Shown here in pieces: positions 48,048-57,907 of a stretch of 64,000 bases of DNA. The first letter of the stretch is position 1. Every line of letters starts with the position of its first letter. Source of the stretch: Candidatus Krumholzibacteriota bacterium. Its GTDB lineage: Bacteria > Krumholzibacteriota > Krumholzibacteriia > Krumholzibacteriales > Krumholzibacteriaceae. The position numbers were made by a program, and so were the translations under genes. The notes under the pieces were generated by a model that was given only the letters and a program-made list of their open reading frames with translations, had not been told where the DNA came from and made no database searches. The stretch lies in assembly GCA_016932415.1 (NCBI GenBank), contig JAFGCX010000034.1:9002-73001 (forward strand), written 5' to 3'.

Positions 48048-49197
48048 CGAACCGGGAAATAAAAGATCGAGAATATGCCTGATCGGACCAGCCCCGCCTT
48101 TCAGGGGCGGAATATCACACTATAACACATGCCTGGCAAGGGAACTTTCAAAAGATCACGATGTACGGATGATCAATTACGCAAGGCTGTATCCGGAATT
48201 CCTTTTTCCCGGAAAGACACAGTATGATGAGGGATCCGGAGCGCTCGCGGCCGAGTCAGAGCGGATGATAGATTCGATCAATCCACTGACCTGGGTGAGG
48301 ACCGGCTTTCATATTGCAGGACTGAGACCAGACGTGACGGTAGTTCAGTGGTGGCACCCTTACTTCGCGCCCGCCCTTGCCAAGATATGCGCGATAATCA
48401 GGATGATGCGCAGGGGGAAGATCGTCTTTGTCTGTCATAATGTACTTCCTCATGAGAGTTCTCCATTCGACCGGATCCTGTCGAGGCTTGCGTTTATCAG
48501 CGCAGATGGTTTCCTGGTCCAGTCCCGCGAGGATCTAGCCAACCTGTCCCTGGTGAAAAAAAATCCGAAAGCGGCATACAATCCGCATCCGATCTACGAT
48601 TTTTTCAGGACAGAAACAATCGATAAATCGGCAGCGAGGGAGCTGGCGGGGCAGGGCGCGGGACCGCTTATTCTTTTTTTCGGTTATATCCGCTCATACA
48701 AGGGGCTTGAGCATCTGCTCCGGGCGATGCCTGATATACACCGCGCGACGGGAGCGAGATTGCTTGTCGTCGGGGAATTCTATGAGGACAGTGCTCCCTA
48801 TTTTGATCTTGTTTCGAGACTGGGAGTCGCCGATCAGGTGGAATTTGTCGATCGTTATGTCGGAAACGACGAAGTGGGCAGATATTTTATCGCTTCCGAC
48901 CTTGTCGTGTTGCCGTATAATACGGCGACGCAGAGCGGCATAGCCCAGATATCAATCGCGTTCGACCGGCCGATGGTCGTCACATCTGTCGGAGGTCTTC
49001 CCGAGGTTGTTTCCGAAGGAAAGACCGGATTTATCGTTCCTCCGGGAGATCCCGGAGCGATATCAAGGGCTGTGATCCGGTTTTTCAAGGAAGGGTGGGG
49101 AGAGAGGATGGCTCCGAATTTTGAGAAGGAGAAAGAACGGTTTTCGTGGAAAAAGATGGTATCTGTGCTGGAAGGGCTGATCGATGATCTTCGATAG
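48040..49197 (+). CDS. Glycosyltransferase family 4
   Basis: PPFRGGI, FFGYIRSYKGL, VLPY..ATQSG, VGGLPE. Confidence 0.92.
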   Translation: MIDEPGNKRSRICLIGPAPPFRGGISHYNTCLARELSKDHDVRMINYARLYPEFLFPGKTQYDEGSGALAAESERMIDSINPLTWVRTGFHIAGLRPDVTVVQWWHPYFAPALAKICAIIRMMRRGKIVFVCHNVLPHESSPFDRILSRLAFISADGFLVQSREDLANLSLVKKNPKAAYNPHPIYDFFRTETIDKSAARELAGQGAGPLILFFGYIRSYKGLEHLLRAMPDIHRATGARLLVVGEFYEDSAPYFDLVSRLGVADQVEFVDRYVGNDEVGRYFIASDLVVLPYNTATQSGIAQISIAFDRPMVVTSVGGLPEVVSEGKTGFIVPPGDPGAISRAVIRFFKEGWGERMAPNFEKEKERFSWKKMVSVLEGLIDDLR

Positions 49198-49212
49198 AAA
49201 AGGACGACCGGT

Positions 49213-50097
49213 TTGAAAGATCAGATTCTTGACGTGATCATACTTAACTGGAACGGCGAGGACGTGATCGGCCAGTGTCTCGAATCGCTTGAAAAGGTGA
49301 AATCTCCACCTCTGAGGATAACTGTCGTCGATAACGCCTCGACTGACTCCTCGGTCGAAATGATCAGGGAGAGGTTTCCCGAAATCGAACTTCTGATCAA
49401 CGACAGCAACCTTCTTTTCGCCGAGGGGAACAATGTAGGGATCAGAAAGGCGATGGAGAGGGGTGGACAGTACATTCTCCTGCTGAACAACGATACGGAA
49501 GTCGATCCCGATTTCGCGCGGAGGATGATGGAAGCTGCCACCGTTCCCGGCATAGGGATCGTGGGACCGAAGATATATTTTTTTGATGACAGCGATCGGA
49601 TCTGGTATGGAGGCGGTGAATTCTTTCCCGGAATCTGGATACCAAAGCACAAGGACCTGAGGAAAAGGGACAGTGATTCAGATGGCAGGAGCGTTGAGAC
49701 CGGGTGGGTGACAGGGTGCGCGATGCTTGTCAGGAGAGAAGTGTTCGAGGATATAGGGCTTCTGGACAGGTCGTACAGGATCTATTGCGAGGATATTGAT
49801 TTTTGCCTGAGAGCAAAAAAGGCCGGATGGAAGTGTTATTATGAAGAGTCAGCCAGAGTATGGCATAAGGTCAGTTCAAGCAGCGGAGGAGGAATGACTC
49901 CCTTCAAGCTGGAAAACCGTATTGCCAGTACTAACAGGCTTTTTATCAGGTTCAGGTCGCTCTGCTGGCGCCTTTTCTTTTTTCCGGCGCATCTGCTTAT
50001 ATTCCTGTCGGTTCTGGGAGTACTGCTTGTCACTGGCAGATGGGCGCTTCTCAGGGGGGCCCTCAGGGGCGCGATGAGAGTGGTATCTTTCGATTGA
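49213..50097 (+). CDS. Glycosyltransferase family 2 (WbbL/rhamnosyltransferase-like)
   Basis: ILNWN, VDNASTD, FAEGNN.G, LLNND, GCAML, Y.ED.D.C.R. Confidence 0.9.
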   Translation: MKDQILDVIILNWNGEDVIGQCLESLEKVKSPPLRITVVDNASTDSSVEMIRERFPEIELLINDSNLLFAEGNNVGIRKAMERGGQYILLLNNDTEVDPDFARRMMEAATVPGIGIVGPKIYFFDDSDRIWYGGGEFFPGIWIPKHKDLRKRDSDSDGRSVETGWVTGCAMLVRREVFEDIGLLDRSYRIYCEDIDFCLRAKKAGWKCYYEESARVWHKVSSSSGGGMTPFKLENRIASTNRLFIRFRSLCWRLFFFPAHLLIFLSVLGVLLVTGRWALLRGALRGAMRVVSFD

Positions 50098-50249
50098 TTC
50101 CGTTGCTTCGGGGACGCGGCCCGCCATGCGTATCTCTTCCTGAATCCGCAAATCATCCGTTCTCCGTGACCGGTTCCGGAACGATCGGTGTCCCGATCCC
50201 GCCACGCCACGCGGGAGAACCGGCAGGTAAAGATGATAGATTTTGAAGG

Positions 50250-50278
50250 TTTACTAGGATAGTGGAAAATGTTATTAT
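50250..50278 (+). promoter_or_regulatory. Putative sigma70 promoter for the yfhO-led block
   Basis: TTTACT-N17-TATTAT with extended TGn, in an AT-rich gap. Confidence 0.5.
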
Positions 50279-50317
50279 TATTGAAATTGTAAAATATAAC
50301 CTTTGAGGAGGCTGTAT

Positions 50318-52789
50318 TTGTCAAAAAATATCAGATCTGGCGATCAGAAGCGGCGCGAGTTTGATCCGGATCAGTTTCTCGATAATGCTGCCGGTTGGCG
50401 AAGGGGTATTCTGGTCGCGCTATTTCTTGTCGTTGTGCTGGCGATCGTCATGCCGGAATTGATCTTTCATGGGGATATTTTTCTTGTTCCCGACACAAAG
50501 GCTCCGATCAGTTTCAGCGAAGTCGGCAGGGAATATCTTGAATCGGGAAAATATCCTTTGTGGAACCCGTATATATTCTGCGGAATGCCGAGTTATCCCA
50601 GCCTGTCGTATACTCCGTATGTCTATCCGATCGCCTATGTGACTTATATTCTTCAAAGATATCTCGGATTCCCCGAGATGACATGGCTGCTGGTCCATTA
50701 CATCCTGGCAGGAATGGGAATATATCTTCTTCTCCGTTCCTTTGGGGTGAGGAGTTCGATCTCGATGCTGGCAGGTGGCCTTTTCATGATCATGCCTAAT
50801 CTTGTCGCGAACGGAGCTAACGGGCATGGTTCCCAGGCGTGCGCGGTCGCATATATGCCCTACGTATTTCTGTTCTGCAGGAATATATTGACCGGCAGAG
50901 GAAGGGTCGTAAACACTGCCTTTCTCGCCATTGCCCTTGGTTTTCAGATGCTGAGGGGGCATGTTCAGATATCGTATTATACATATCTCATCACAGGCCT
51001 TCTTTTTATTATGGAGACGATCCGCCTTGCCCGGACGGGAAAGGGGAAAGAGATCGCGGTGAACTCTGGATTCATTTTCGCGGCGGTCATTCTTTCGGCA
51101 GGTATAGCGGCAGTGCTGATCTTTCCGGTGAGGGAATATGCCGATTATTCGATACGAGGCGGAACAGGCGGGGGGCTGGACTATGATTACGCCACCGGGT
51201 GGAGCCTTCCTCCGAAGGAATTGCTTACCCTAATCTTTCCGTGGGCGTCAGGTTTCGGAAAAATGACATACTGGGGCGGGATGCCTTTTACCGATTATCC
51301 GAATTATCTCGGGATTGTCACTGCGGTCTTTTCGGTTATCGGTTTTTTTATCGTACGCAGCAGATGGAAGTGGTATCTGGCCGTGATCATCATAGTGGCG
51401 ACTTTTGTCAGTTTTGGCAGGTTTATGCCGGTCCTGTACGACCCGCTCTTCAGGCTTCTGCCCTTTTTCAATAAATTCCGTGTCCCGGTGATGATCCTGA
51501 TTGTACAGCAACTGGCCGTTACAGTCCTTATGGGACTGGCTATAGAGGAATATCTTCAGCTGGTTGCCAGGGACGAGCTGCCAGCGATCCTTAAAAAAGA
51601 AAGTTTAAAATGGGGCCTTCTCGCGGCGGTCGCCCTCTTTCTCCTCGTCATCGCCGCTTCAGGCAGCATAAAACAGGATCTCGCGGCAAGCGAGGCGATA
51701 AGAAGCAGGGTCCGTCCAGAGTGGATAATGATGGCAGTCTCAGCCTATTCGTCTGATCTGGTGAGAACTTTATTTTTTCTCGTCGCGACCATAGCCACTC
51801 TCTTTTTCGTATCCTGGAAGAGGCCGAAGGGCTCTCTTGCCATCATCATCCTTTCAGTCCTGTTGCTTTTTGATATTATTTCCGTGGACCGATCGATCGT
51901 GCATCCGGAAAGTACGTGGAACAACAGCGGGTACAGGATCGTCAGACCGGTAACGGCGAGGGAAAGGTACAAGGAACCCGGTGTCATGGCGAAATATCTA
52001 GCCGCGGACACCACTTTTTTCAGGGTCTTTCCCGTTCCCGCTTCAAGGCCTGGAAGCTGGAACCACAGCACTTTCCCTTTCAGCGACAATAGCTATATGA
52101 TGTCGGGGATATTCTCCATGGGGGGATATCACGCAGCCAAGCTCAAAAACTACCAGGATGTGATGGATCTTCTTTTCGCTACATTCAACAGGGGCGTCGT
52201 TCCGAAACAGATATTGAATATGCTCGGAGCGAAGTATTTTCTGTCGATGCATCCGGTCTTCCCGGAAGGATCGGAATATCCTCTGATCTATCAGAAAGAT
52301 AAAAACTACATCTACAGAAATCCAGAGGCTCTTCCCAGGGTCTATTTCGTCGACAGGATCAAGTTGATGACAAAAGAAGACGCGCTCCTTTCGCTGACGT
52401 CGAATGCATTTGATCCCTCACGCGAAGTGATCCTGCAGGCGATGCCCGATGGAGAGATAGATTCAGCCGGAGGAAGCAGAGCCGAGATCACGGCGTATGA
52501 TCTTAACACGATCAATATAGAGGCTCATGTCGAAAAGTCATGTATAATGGTCGTCAGCGAGGTAGACTATCCCGACTGGAAAGTCACCATTGACGGCAGA
52601 GAAGGCGATATCCTGACGGCGAATTACTGTTTAAGAGCGATAGAGCTTCAGCCGGGAGAACATCGGATCGAATTCACATTTGAATCCCCGGTCCTGAACA
52701 GATCACTGATGCTTTCGATAATCTCCATCGCGATAGCTCTGTCAACCGTTATCATCTCATTTCTCGTCACTGGCAGAAAGGGGGATTGA
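50318..52789 (+). CDS. YfhO family GT-C membrane protein
   Basis: YPLWNPY.FCGMP, GH.Q..YY, FNKFRVP, GGYHAAK, N.LGAKY, LPRVYF, Y.DWK..IDG, AN...RA; TTG start after GAGGAGG. Confidence 0.87.
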   Translation: MSKNIRSGDQKRREFDPDQFLDNAAGWRRGILVALFLVVVLAIVMPELIFHGDIFLVPDTKAPISFSEVGREYLESGKYPLWNPYIFCGMPSYPSLSYTPYVYPIAYVTYILQRYLGFPEMTWLLVHYILAGMGIYLLLRSFGVRSSISMLAGGLFMIMPNLVANGANGHGSQACAVAYMPYVFLFCRNILTGRGRVVNTAFLAIALGFQMLRGHVQISYYTYLITGLLFIMETIRLARTGKGKEIAVNSGFIFAAVILSAGIAAVLIFPVREYADYSIRGGTGGGLDYDYATGWSLPPKELLTLIFPWASGFGKMTYWGGMPFTDYPNYLGIVTAVFSVIGFFIVRSRWKWYLAVIIIVATFVSFGRFMPVLYDPLFRLLPFFNKFRVPVMILIVQQLAVTVLMGLAIEEYLQLVARDELPAILKKESLKWGLLAAVALFLLVIAASGSIKQDLAASEAIRSRVRPEWIMMAVSAYSSDLVRTLFFLVATIATLFFVSWKRPKGSLAIIILSVLLLFDIISVDRSIVHPESTWNNSGYRIVRPVTARERYKEPGVMAKYLAADTTFFRVFPVPASRPGSWNHSTFPFSDNSYMMSGIFSMGGYHAAKLKNYQDVMDLLFATFNRGVVPKQILNMLGAKYFLSMHPVFPEGSEYPLIYQKDKNYIYRNPEALPRVYFVDRIKLMTKEDALLSLTSNAFDPSREVILQAMPDGEIDSAGGSRAEITAYDLNTINIEAHVEKSCIMVVSEVDYPDWKVTIDGREGDILTANYCLRAIELQPGEHRIEFTFESPVLNRSLMLSIISIAIALSTVIISFLVTGRKGD

Positions 52790-52790
52790 G

Positions 52791-53507
52791 TTGAAGGCTC
52801 TGGTCGTGATTCCAACATATAACGAGAACGAGAATATCAGAAATATAATCAAAGCCGTTCTGAGTCAGGATGAGGGGGTGGATATTCTCGTCATAGACGA
52901 TAATTCTCCGGATGGTACCGGAGCTATCGTTGATGAACTAATCGTATCGGAACCGAGGATCCATGTCATCCACCGGAAGGGGAAGCTTGGGCTGGGGTCT
53001 GCGTATATAGCCGGATTCAAATGGGCGCTGGCCAATACTGACGCGAAATATATTTTCGAGATGGACGCGGATTTTTCCCATGATCCTGGCGACATAAAAT
53101 TTTTTCTCGAGGCGATCAAGGATAACGATCTCGTCATTGGATCGAGATATCTCAATGGGATCCGGGTCGTAAACTGGCCGCTCAGCAGATTGATCCTCAG
53201 CACCGGAGCGAATATATATACCGGAATCGTTACCGGGCTTCCCCTGAAAGATTCAACCGGCGGGTTCAAATGTTTCCGTCGCGAGACACTGGCCGGCCTT
53301 CCTCTTGATACGATCAGGAGTGACGGCTACTCTTTTCAGATAGAGATGAATTTCTTCTGCTGGAAAAAAGGTTTCAGGATAAGGGAAATACCAATAATAT
53401 TTTCCGACAGGAGAGTCGGCGTTTCGAAGATGTCAAAAAAGATAATATGGGAAGCGGCGTTCATGGTCTGGCGCCTGAGGTTCATGTCCCCGCGGCGATG
53501 GAAGTAA
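52791..53507 (+). CDS. Polyprenol-monophosphomannose synthase (Ppm1/Dpm1-like GT2)
   Basis: IPTYNE.ENI, DDNSPDGTG, HR.GKLGLGSAY..GF, EMDADFSHDP, GYSFQIE, R..G.SKM. Confidence 0.88.
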   Translation: MKALVVIPTYNENENIRNIIKAVLSQDEGVDILVIDDNSPDGTGAIVDELIVSEPRIHVIHRKGKLGLGSAYIAGFKWALANTDAKYIFEMDADFSHDPGDIKFFLEAIKDNDLVIGSRYLNGIRVVNWPLSRLILSTGANIYTGIVTGLPLKDSTGGFKCFRRETLAGLPLDTIRSDGYSFQIEMNFFCWKKGFRIREIPIIFSDRRVGVSKMSKKIIWEAAFMVWRLRFMSPRRWK

Positions 53508-55583
53508 ATGGATCTTTCAATAATAATCATTACGCACAACAGCCTTGTCCCGGTCGAAAAGTGTCTGGAATCCCTCGAGGCCTGCCCTCCCTCGGGCAGC
53601 TACGAGACGATCGTCATCGATAACGCCAGCAGTGACGGTTGCGCCGACATGATAGAGGAGTCGTTTCCCAGATGCATGGTGATCAGAAACGAGGAGAACA
53701 GGGGATACTCCCGCGGGGTCAATCAGGGGATCGATCTTTCGATTTCGGAATTGATACTCATACTCAATCCCGATATCGAGGTGAGAGACGGTTCCATCGA
53801 CAGGCTCGCCCGGTTCATGAACGATAATCGATCGGCAGGTATGGCTGGATCGAAGCTCCTCTATCCCGATGGACGGCTACAATATTCCTGCCGGGCTTTT
53901 TACACAATAAAGGCGCTTTTTTTAAGGCGGACGTTCCTTGGAAGGATCTTTCCGAAGGCGCGCGCTTTGAGAGAACATCTGATGATCGACTATGATCATG
54001 AGCAGGCGCGCAAAGTCGACTGGCTCATAGGCGCCTGTCTGATGGTCAGGCGGGAAGCGATAGAAAAGGTCGGCAAGATGGATGAAAGGTTTTTTCTCTA
54101 TTTTGAAGATACCGACTGGTGCTACCGGATGAATCAGCACGGATGGGATGTCTATTACATTCCCGATTCGGTGATGACGCACCGGTACGAAAGATCAAGC
54201 GCGAGGTCGGTATTTAAAAAGCCTTTTCTCATGCATCTTCTCAGTCTTCTGCGATATTACGAGAAATGGAATAAAATATTCTACTTTTTCAGGCGGCACC
54301 GGGGCGCCCTGAAATCAATCATATTCGCCGCGTCCGACCTTGTCGCGGCGAACGCGGGATTCTTCATAGCGTATTATCTGCGTGGTCTGTTCCAGTCCCT
54401 GTTTACAAACAGCCTGTATCCTCTCGACTGGTACGCTTTCTTTATCTACTTCTATAATTTTATCTTCTTTTTCACATTCCTCTTCGGCGGTCTCTACCAG
54501 ATCAGGAGGGAGACCGGGGCGGCCCTGGAGTTCTCGAGAGTCGCCAGGTCGGTCTTCGCCTCTTTCGCGATCCTGCTGGGAGCGACATATCTTACCCGGA
54601 TAAGGATATATTCCCGGGCTGTCCTTGGAGGACAGGCGCTGTTGAGCCTTATTCTCGTCTTTGGTTTCAGGAGGATCATCCGGCTTGTTCACAACCAGCT
54701 TGTCAGAGCCTCTTTTGACCTTAAAAGGGTCATCCTGGCAGGTGACGAGGATGAGGTAGAACGGTTCAGGGGACTTGTGCAGGCTGATCCGCATCTGGGA
54801 ATCGATGTCGTCGGAGATATTTCCGGTGGACCGGGATCTATCGGAAAGATGGAAGATCTCGAGAGTATAATCGACAGGTTCAAGATACAGGAGGTGCTGA
54901 TACTTCCATCGTATGTCGAGAGGGGCCTGATCTTTCCGTTCCTTTGCATTCATGGTACGCGGATGCTTGAGATAAGAATAGTGTCACCGGTCGCCAGATT
55001 CATGGGCAGGGAGGTCAGGGTCCAGAAGATCGGTGATAGTTATATGTTTTCCATCGAAAGAGGGACCCAGTTTCTACTTCTGAGATTATTGCAGCGTTTG
55101 TCCGATATCGTCACTGGCGCTGTTTTTCTCCCCCTGTCGGCAGTCTGTCTCTTTTTTTTCAGGATATCCGGAACGGCAGGTCGAAAAGCGTCGGTCTTTT
55201 CGGAAAAAAGGACAGGGTACAGGGAAAAGACAATAGACTGGCCGAGAATCATGACTCGATCAGGCAGGGAGGGATCGGACATGATCAAACCGGCACTCTG
55301 GGCCGATCTGCTGTTCGGGAGACTGGCTCTCGTGGGACCGCCACCTTCACCGGTATCTGATGACGGTGGTCACGCCGGCCCTGACGGAGGAATGAGGCCG
55401 GGGATAAGCGGAAGATGGAGGATCTCTCCCGAAGCTGACTGGAAAAAATCTTTCGAAAACGAGGTAATCGAAACTAGGACACGTTCAATCACTGATTATC
55501 TGGAGATACTTTTCAGGTCTGTCGGCATGTTTTTTTCAGGCAGATATCCGGAATGGTATTTTAACAAGGGGGATAACCCGTGA
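53508..55583 (+). CDS. GT2 fused to WcaJ-like TM/CoA-binding region and a degenerate phosphoglycosyltransferase domain
   Basis: N-terminal GT2 (DNAS.D, LNPD, GACL, DERFFLYFED.DWC.R); four TMs; C-terminal ALVGPPP and RPGISG.W. Confidence 0.8.
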   Translation: MDLSIIIITHNSLVPVEKCLESLEACPPSGSYETIVIDNASSDGCADMIEESFPRCMVIRNEENRGYSRGVNQGIDLSISELILILNPDIEVRDGSIDRLARFMNDNRSAGMAGSKLLYPDGRLQYSCRAFYTIKALFLRRTFLGRIFPKARALREHLMIDYDHEQARKVDWLIGACLMVRREAIEKVGKMDERFFLYFEDTDWCYRMNQHGWDVYYIPDSVMTHRYERSSARSVFKKPFLMHLLSLLRYYEKWNKIFYFFRRHRGALKSIIFAASDLVAANAGFFIAYYLRGLFQSLFTNSLYPLDWYAFFIYFYNFIFFFTFLFGGLYQIRRETGAALEFSRVARSVFASFAILLGATYLTRIRIYSRAVLGGQALLSLILVFGFRRIIRLVHNQLVRASFDLKRVILAGDEDEVERFRGLVQADPHLGIDVVGDISGGPGSIGKMEDLESIIDRFKIQEVLILPSYVERGLIFPFLCIHGTRMLEIRIVSPVARFMGREVRVQKIGDSYMFSIERGTQFLLLRLLQRLSDIVTGAVFLPLSAVCLFFFRISGTAGRKASVFSEKRTGYREKTIDWPRIMTRSGREGSDMIKPALWADLLFGRLALVGPPPSPVSDDGGHAGPDGGMRPGISGRWRISPEADWKKSFENEVIETRTRSITDYLEILFRSVGMFFSGRYPEWYFNKGDNP

Positions 55584-57907
55584 GACGGCTCTGTTCATTT
55601 TTCATCCTGATGTCGATACTGTCCACCGGCCAGGCAACGGCAGATCCAGGGGACTGGAATCTATTTCTCGATGCCAGCGCCGTAAACAGGATCACCTGTC
55701 TCGGCGACAGTCTCTGGTGCGGAACCAACGGAGGAATCCTGCTTTTCGACCTCACTGATTCGACTATGACACAGTTCTATTCCGGGCTGGGATTGAGATC
55801 GAATGAGGTGTCGGCTGTCGCGCTTGATCCAGAAGGCGTCCTCTGGGCGGCATTCAGGGGGGAGGGCCTGGTAAGGATCGAAAATATAGCGACAAACCCG
55901 GTAGTGAGCCATTACAACGAAAAATCGACACTCATCCTCAGCGACAGTATCAATTGCCTTCTCTCTGTCGATGAGGATGTATATTACGGCTCTGACAATG
56001 GAATAGCCAAATTTTTCGACAAGAGCCATTCCCTGGAACCGAATCTGTCCGATAACCTTGCTGGAAAAAGGATAAACGACCTGCTTCTTGACGATGAAAA
56101 CCGGTTGTGGGTCGCTCATGAAGATGGCGTGGCAAGCTTTGGCCGCGACACGTTCATTTTTACTGACTATCCCATAGGCACAGCGTTTTCGATCACTTTG
56201 CATGAAGGGATGATATATGCCGCAACCTCGACAGGGATAGCGAGATTGAACGGCGAGTCATGGGAGCAGTACGGGACGACTTTTCATAATGGTCTTCTCC
56301 CGGTAAGTATAGCTTCAGGTGGAGGCGAGATATACGCGGCGACCGAGGAGAGAGCGTACAGGCATAACGGGTCATACTGGGAGAGTATCGCCACCGCGCA
56401 GATGAAGGCTATGTTTCTCGACAATTACAGGATCGGTCAGTATCATCTCCGCTCTGTCGCGGTCGACGGGAGAGGTGACCCCTGGATCGGGGGAAGACTC
56501 CCGAGCGGTTCGTCGAGGGGAAGTTATATCTCCGGATTCAATGGCGAAGAATGGGTCAACAGAGCCCTGCCGACATTGAGTCAGAATGACGTCATTGCTA
56601 TCGGAATCGCCCCCGGAGGAGCGGTATGGTCGAGCACTCTCTACGGGATCAACTACAGATCCGGTACCGGTGACTGGATCAGGTATTCAAAGATAAGATC
56701 GGACACGGGAAATGATGACGCTCTTTCATATTTTGCCTACAACCTGGCGCTGCTTCATGATTCCGGTAATATCCTGTGGTGCAATTCTCTCAATTACGAC
56801 CTCGATATGATCGACCTGGGAAATATCTTCGATAAGGATGATGATATCTGGCGGCATTTCGCGATAGAGGATGGCAATACGATCACGACTGACAGGTTTG
56901 TAAAGGCAAAGGAAGACCCGGCCGGGAACAGGTGGTTTCTTTCCGATGACGATTATTACGAATCGAGCGGGATATGGGGAATAAATATCACCGACCAGTC
57001 AGCGGATCAGTGGTTCGCCGTAAATCCCCTTCTCAATCCTTCGATGAAAGGCGGCAATATCTTCGACTGCGTCTTCGATCAATTCGGAGTATATCTGGCC
57101 ATAAAGGGATTTGGAGTCCAGTACTGGAGAACGGGCGGGTTCAGCTGGAGTACACTTACTTCGGAGACCGGTGATATATGGCTCACGCTGATGGATGAAT
57201 CGAACCTTGTCAGTACGGAGATAGAAGCTATAGAGGTTGGAAGCGACGGAACGGTATGGGTCGGGACGGGAGGCGGCCTGGTCAGGTATCGCCAGGGTGA
57301 AATAGAGGTGTATACTGAAAAGGGAGAAGAGACCAATTACGGATTGATCGGACTTTCCGTGAGCGATCTCGAATTCGACAGTTTCGGAAATCTCTGGGTC
57401 GCGACAGACAAGGGACTGAACAGGATCGATGCCGACGGGATCATAGACGCGGCGTTTACTACCGCTACTTTCTGGGAGAACAATATACAGGCATTCTATT
57501 CAGAGTCGGTCATATCACCCCTTCCGAGTCATGTATGCCAGGTGCTGGCGTGTGATGCCGATGAGGATCTTCTCTGGATAGGGACCGACAGGGGCCTTGC
57601 ATCTTTCGACGTGAGGCCACTGGTACAGGTTTCGATCCCACTGTCTCGCGCTATACTCTACCCCAACCCGATACATATCGGCCGGGGTGATTCATCCCTT
57701 AAGATCTCACGCATCTCGGGAATCGTCGATATAAGCGTCTATAATCTGGAAGGAGAACTGGTGCATGAGATAGAGGGTGTCGCCGAGGGAGAGGATGCCT
57801 GGGATCTGCTTACGATAAACGGGTTCACTGCCCAATCCGGGATCTATATAGTAAGAATATCCGGAAGTTCCGGCATAGAGACAAGAAAGGTTGCGATTAT
57901 CAGGTGA
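55580..57907 (+). CDS. Secreted beta-propeller protein with YPNP C-terminal sorting-like domain (PorZ-like)
   Basis: Signal peptide; repeated D..G.LW..T..GL propeller motifs; C-terminus LYPNPI...ISVYNLEGELV....WD.......SGIYIV......RKVAIIR. Confidence 0.75.
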   Translation: MRRLCSFFILMSILSTGQATADPGDWNLFLDASAVNRITCLGDSLWCGTNGGILLFDLTDSTMTQFYSGLGLRSNEVSAVALDPEGVLWAAFRGEGLVRIENIATNPVVSHYNEKSTLILSDSINCLLSVDEDVYYGSDNGIAKFFDKSHSLEPNLSDNLAGKRINDLLLDDENRLWVAHEDGVASFGRDTFIFTDYPIGTAFSITLHEGMIYAATSTGIARLNGESWEQYGTTFHNGLLPVSIASGGGEIYAATEERAYRHNGSYWESIATAQMKAMFLDNYRIGQYHLRSVAVDGRGDPWIGGRLPSGSSRGSYISGFNGEEWVNRALPTLSQNDVIAIGIAPGGAVWSSTLYGINYRSGTGDWIRYSKIRSDTGNDDALSYFAYNLALLHDSGNILWCNSLNYDLDMIDLGNIFDKDDDIWRHFAIEDGNTITTDRFVKAKEDPAGNRWFLSDDDYYESSGIWGINITDQSADQWFAVNPLLNPSMKGGNIFDCVFDQFGVYLAIKGFGVQYWRTGGFSWSTLTSETGDIWLTLMDESNLVSTEIEAIEVGSDGTVWVGTGGGLVRYRQGEIEVYTEKGEETNYGLIGLSVSDLEFDSFGNLWVATDKGLNRIDADGIIDAAFTTATFWENNIQAFYSESVISPLPSHVCQVLACDADEDLLWIGTDRGLASFDVRPLVQVSIPLSRAILYPNPIHIGRGDSSLKISRISGIVDISVYNLEGELVHEIEGVAEGEDAWDLLTINGFTAQSGIYIVRISGSSGIETRKVAIIR

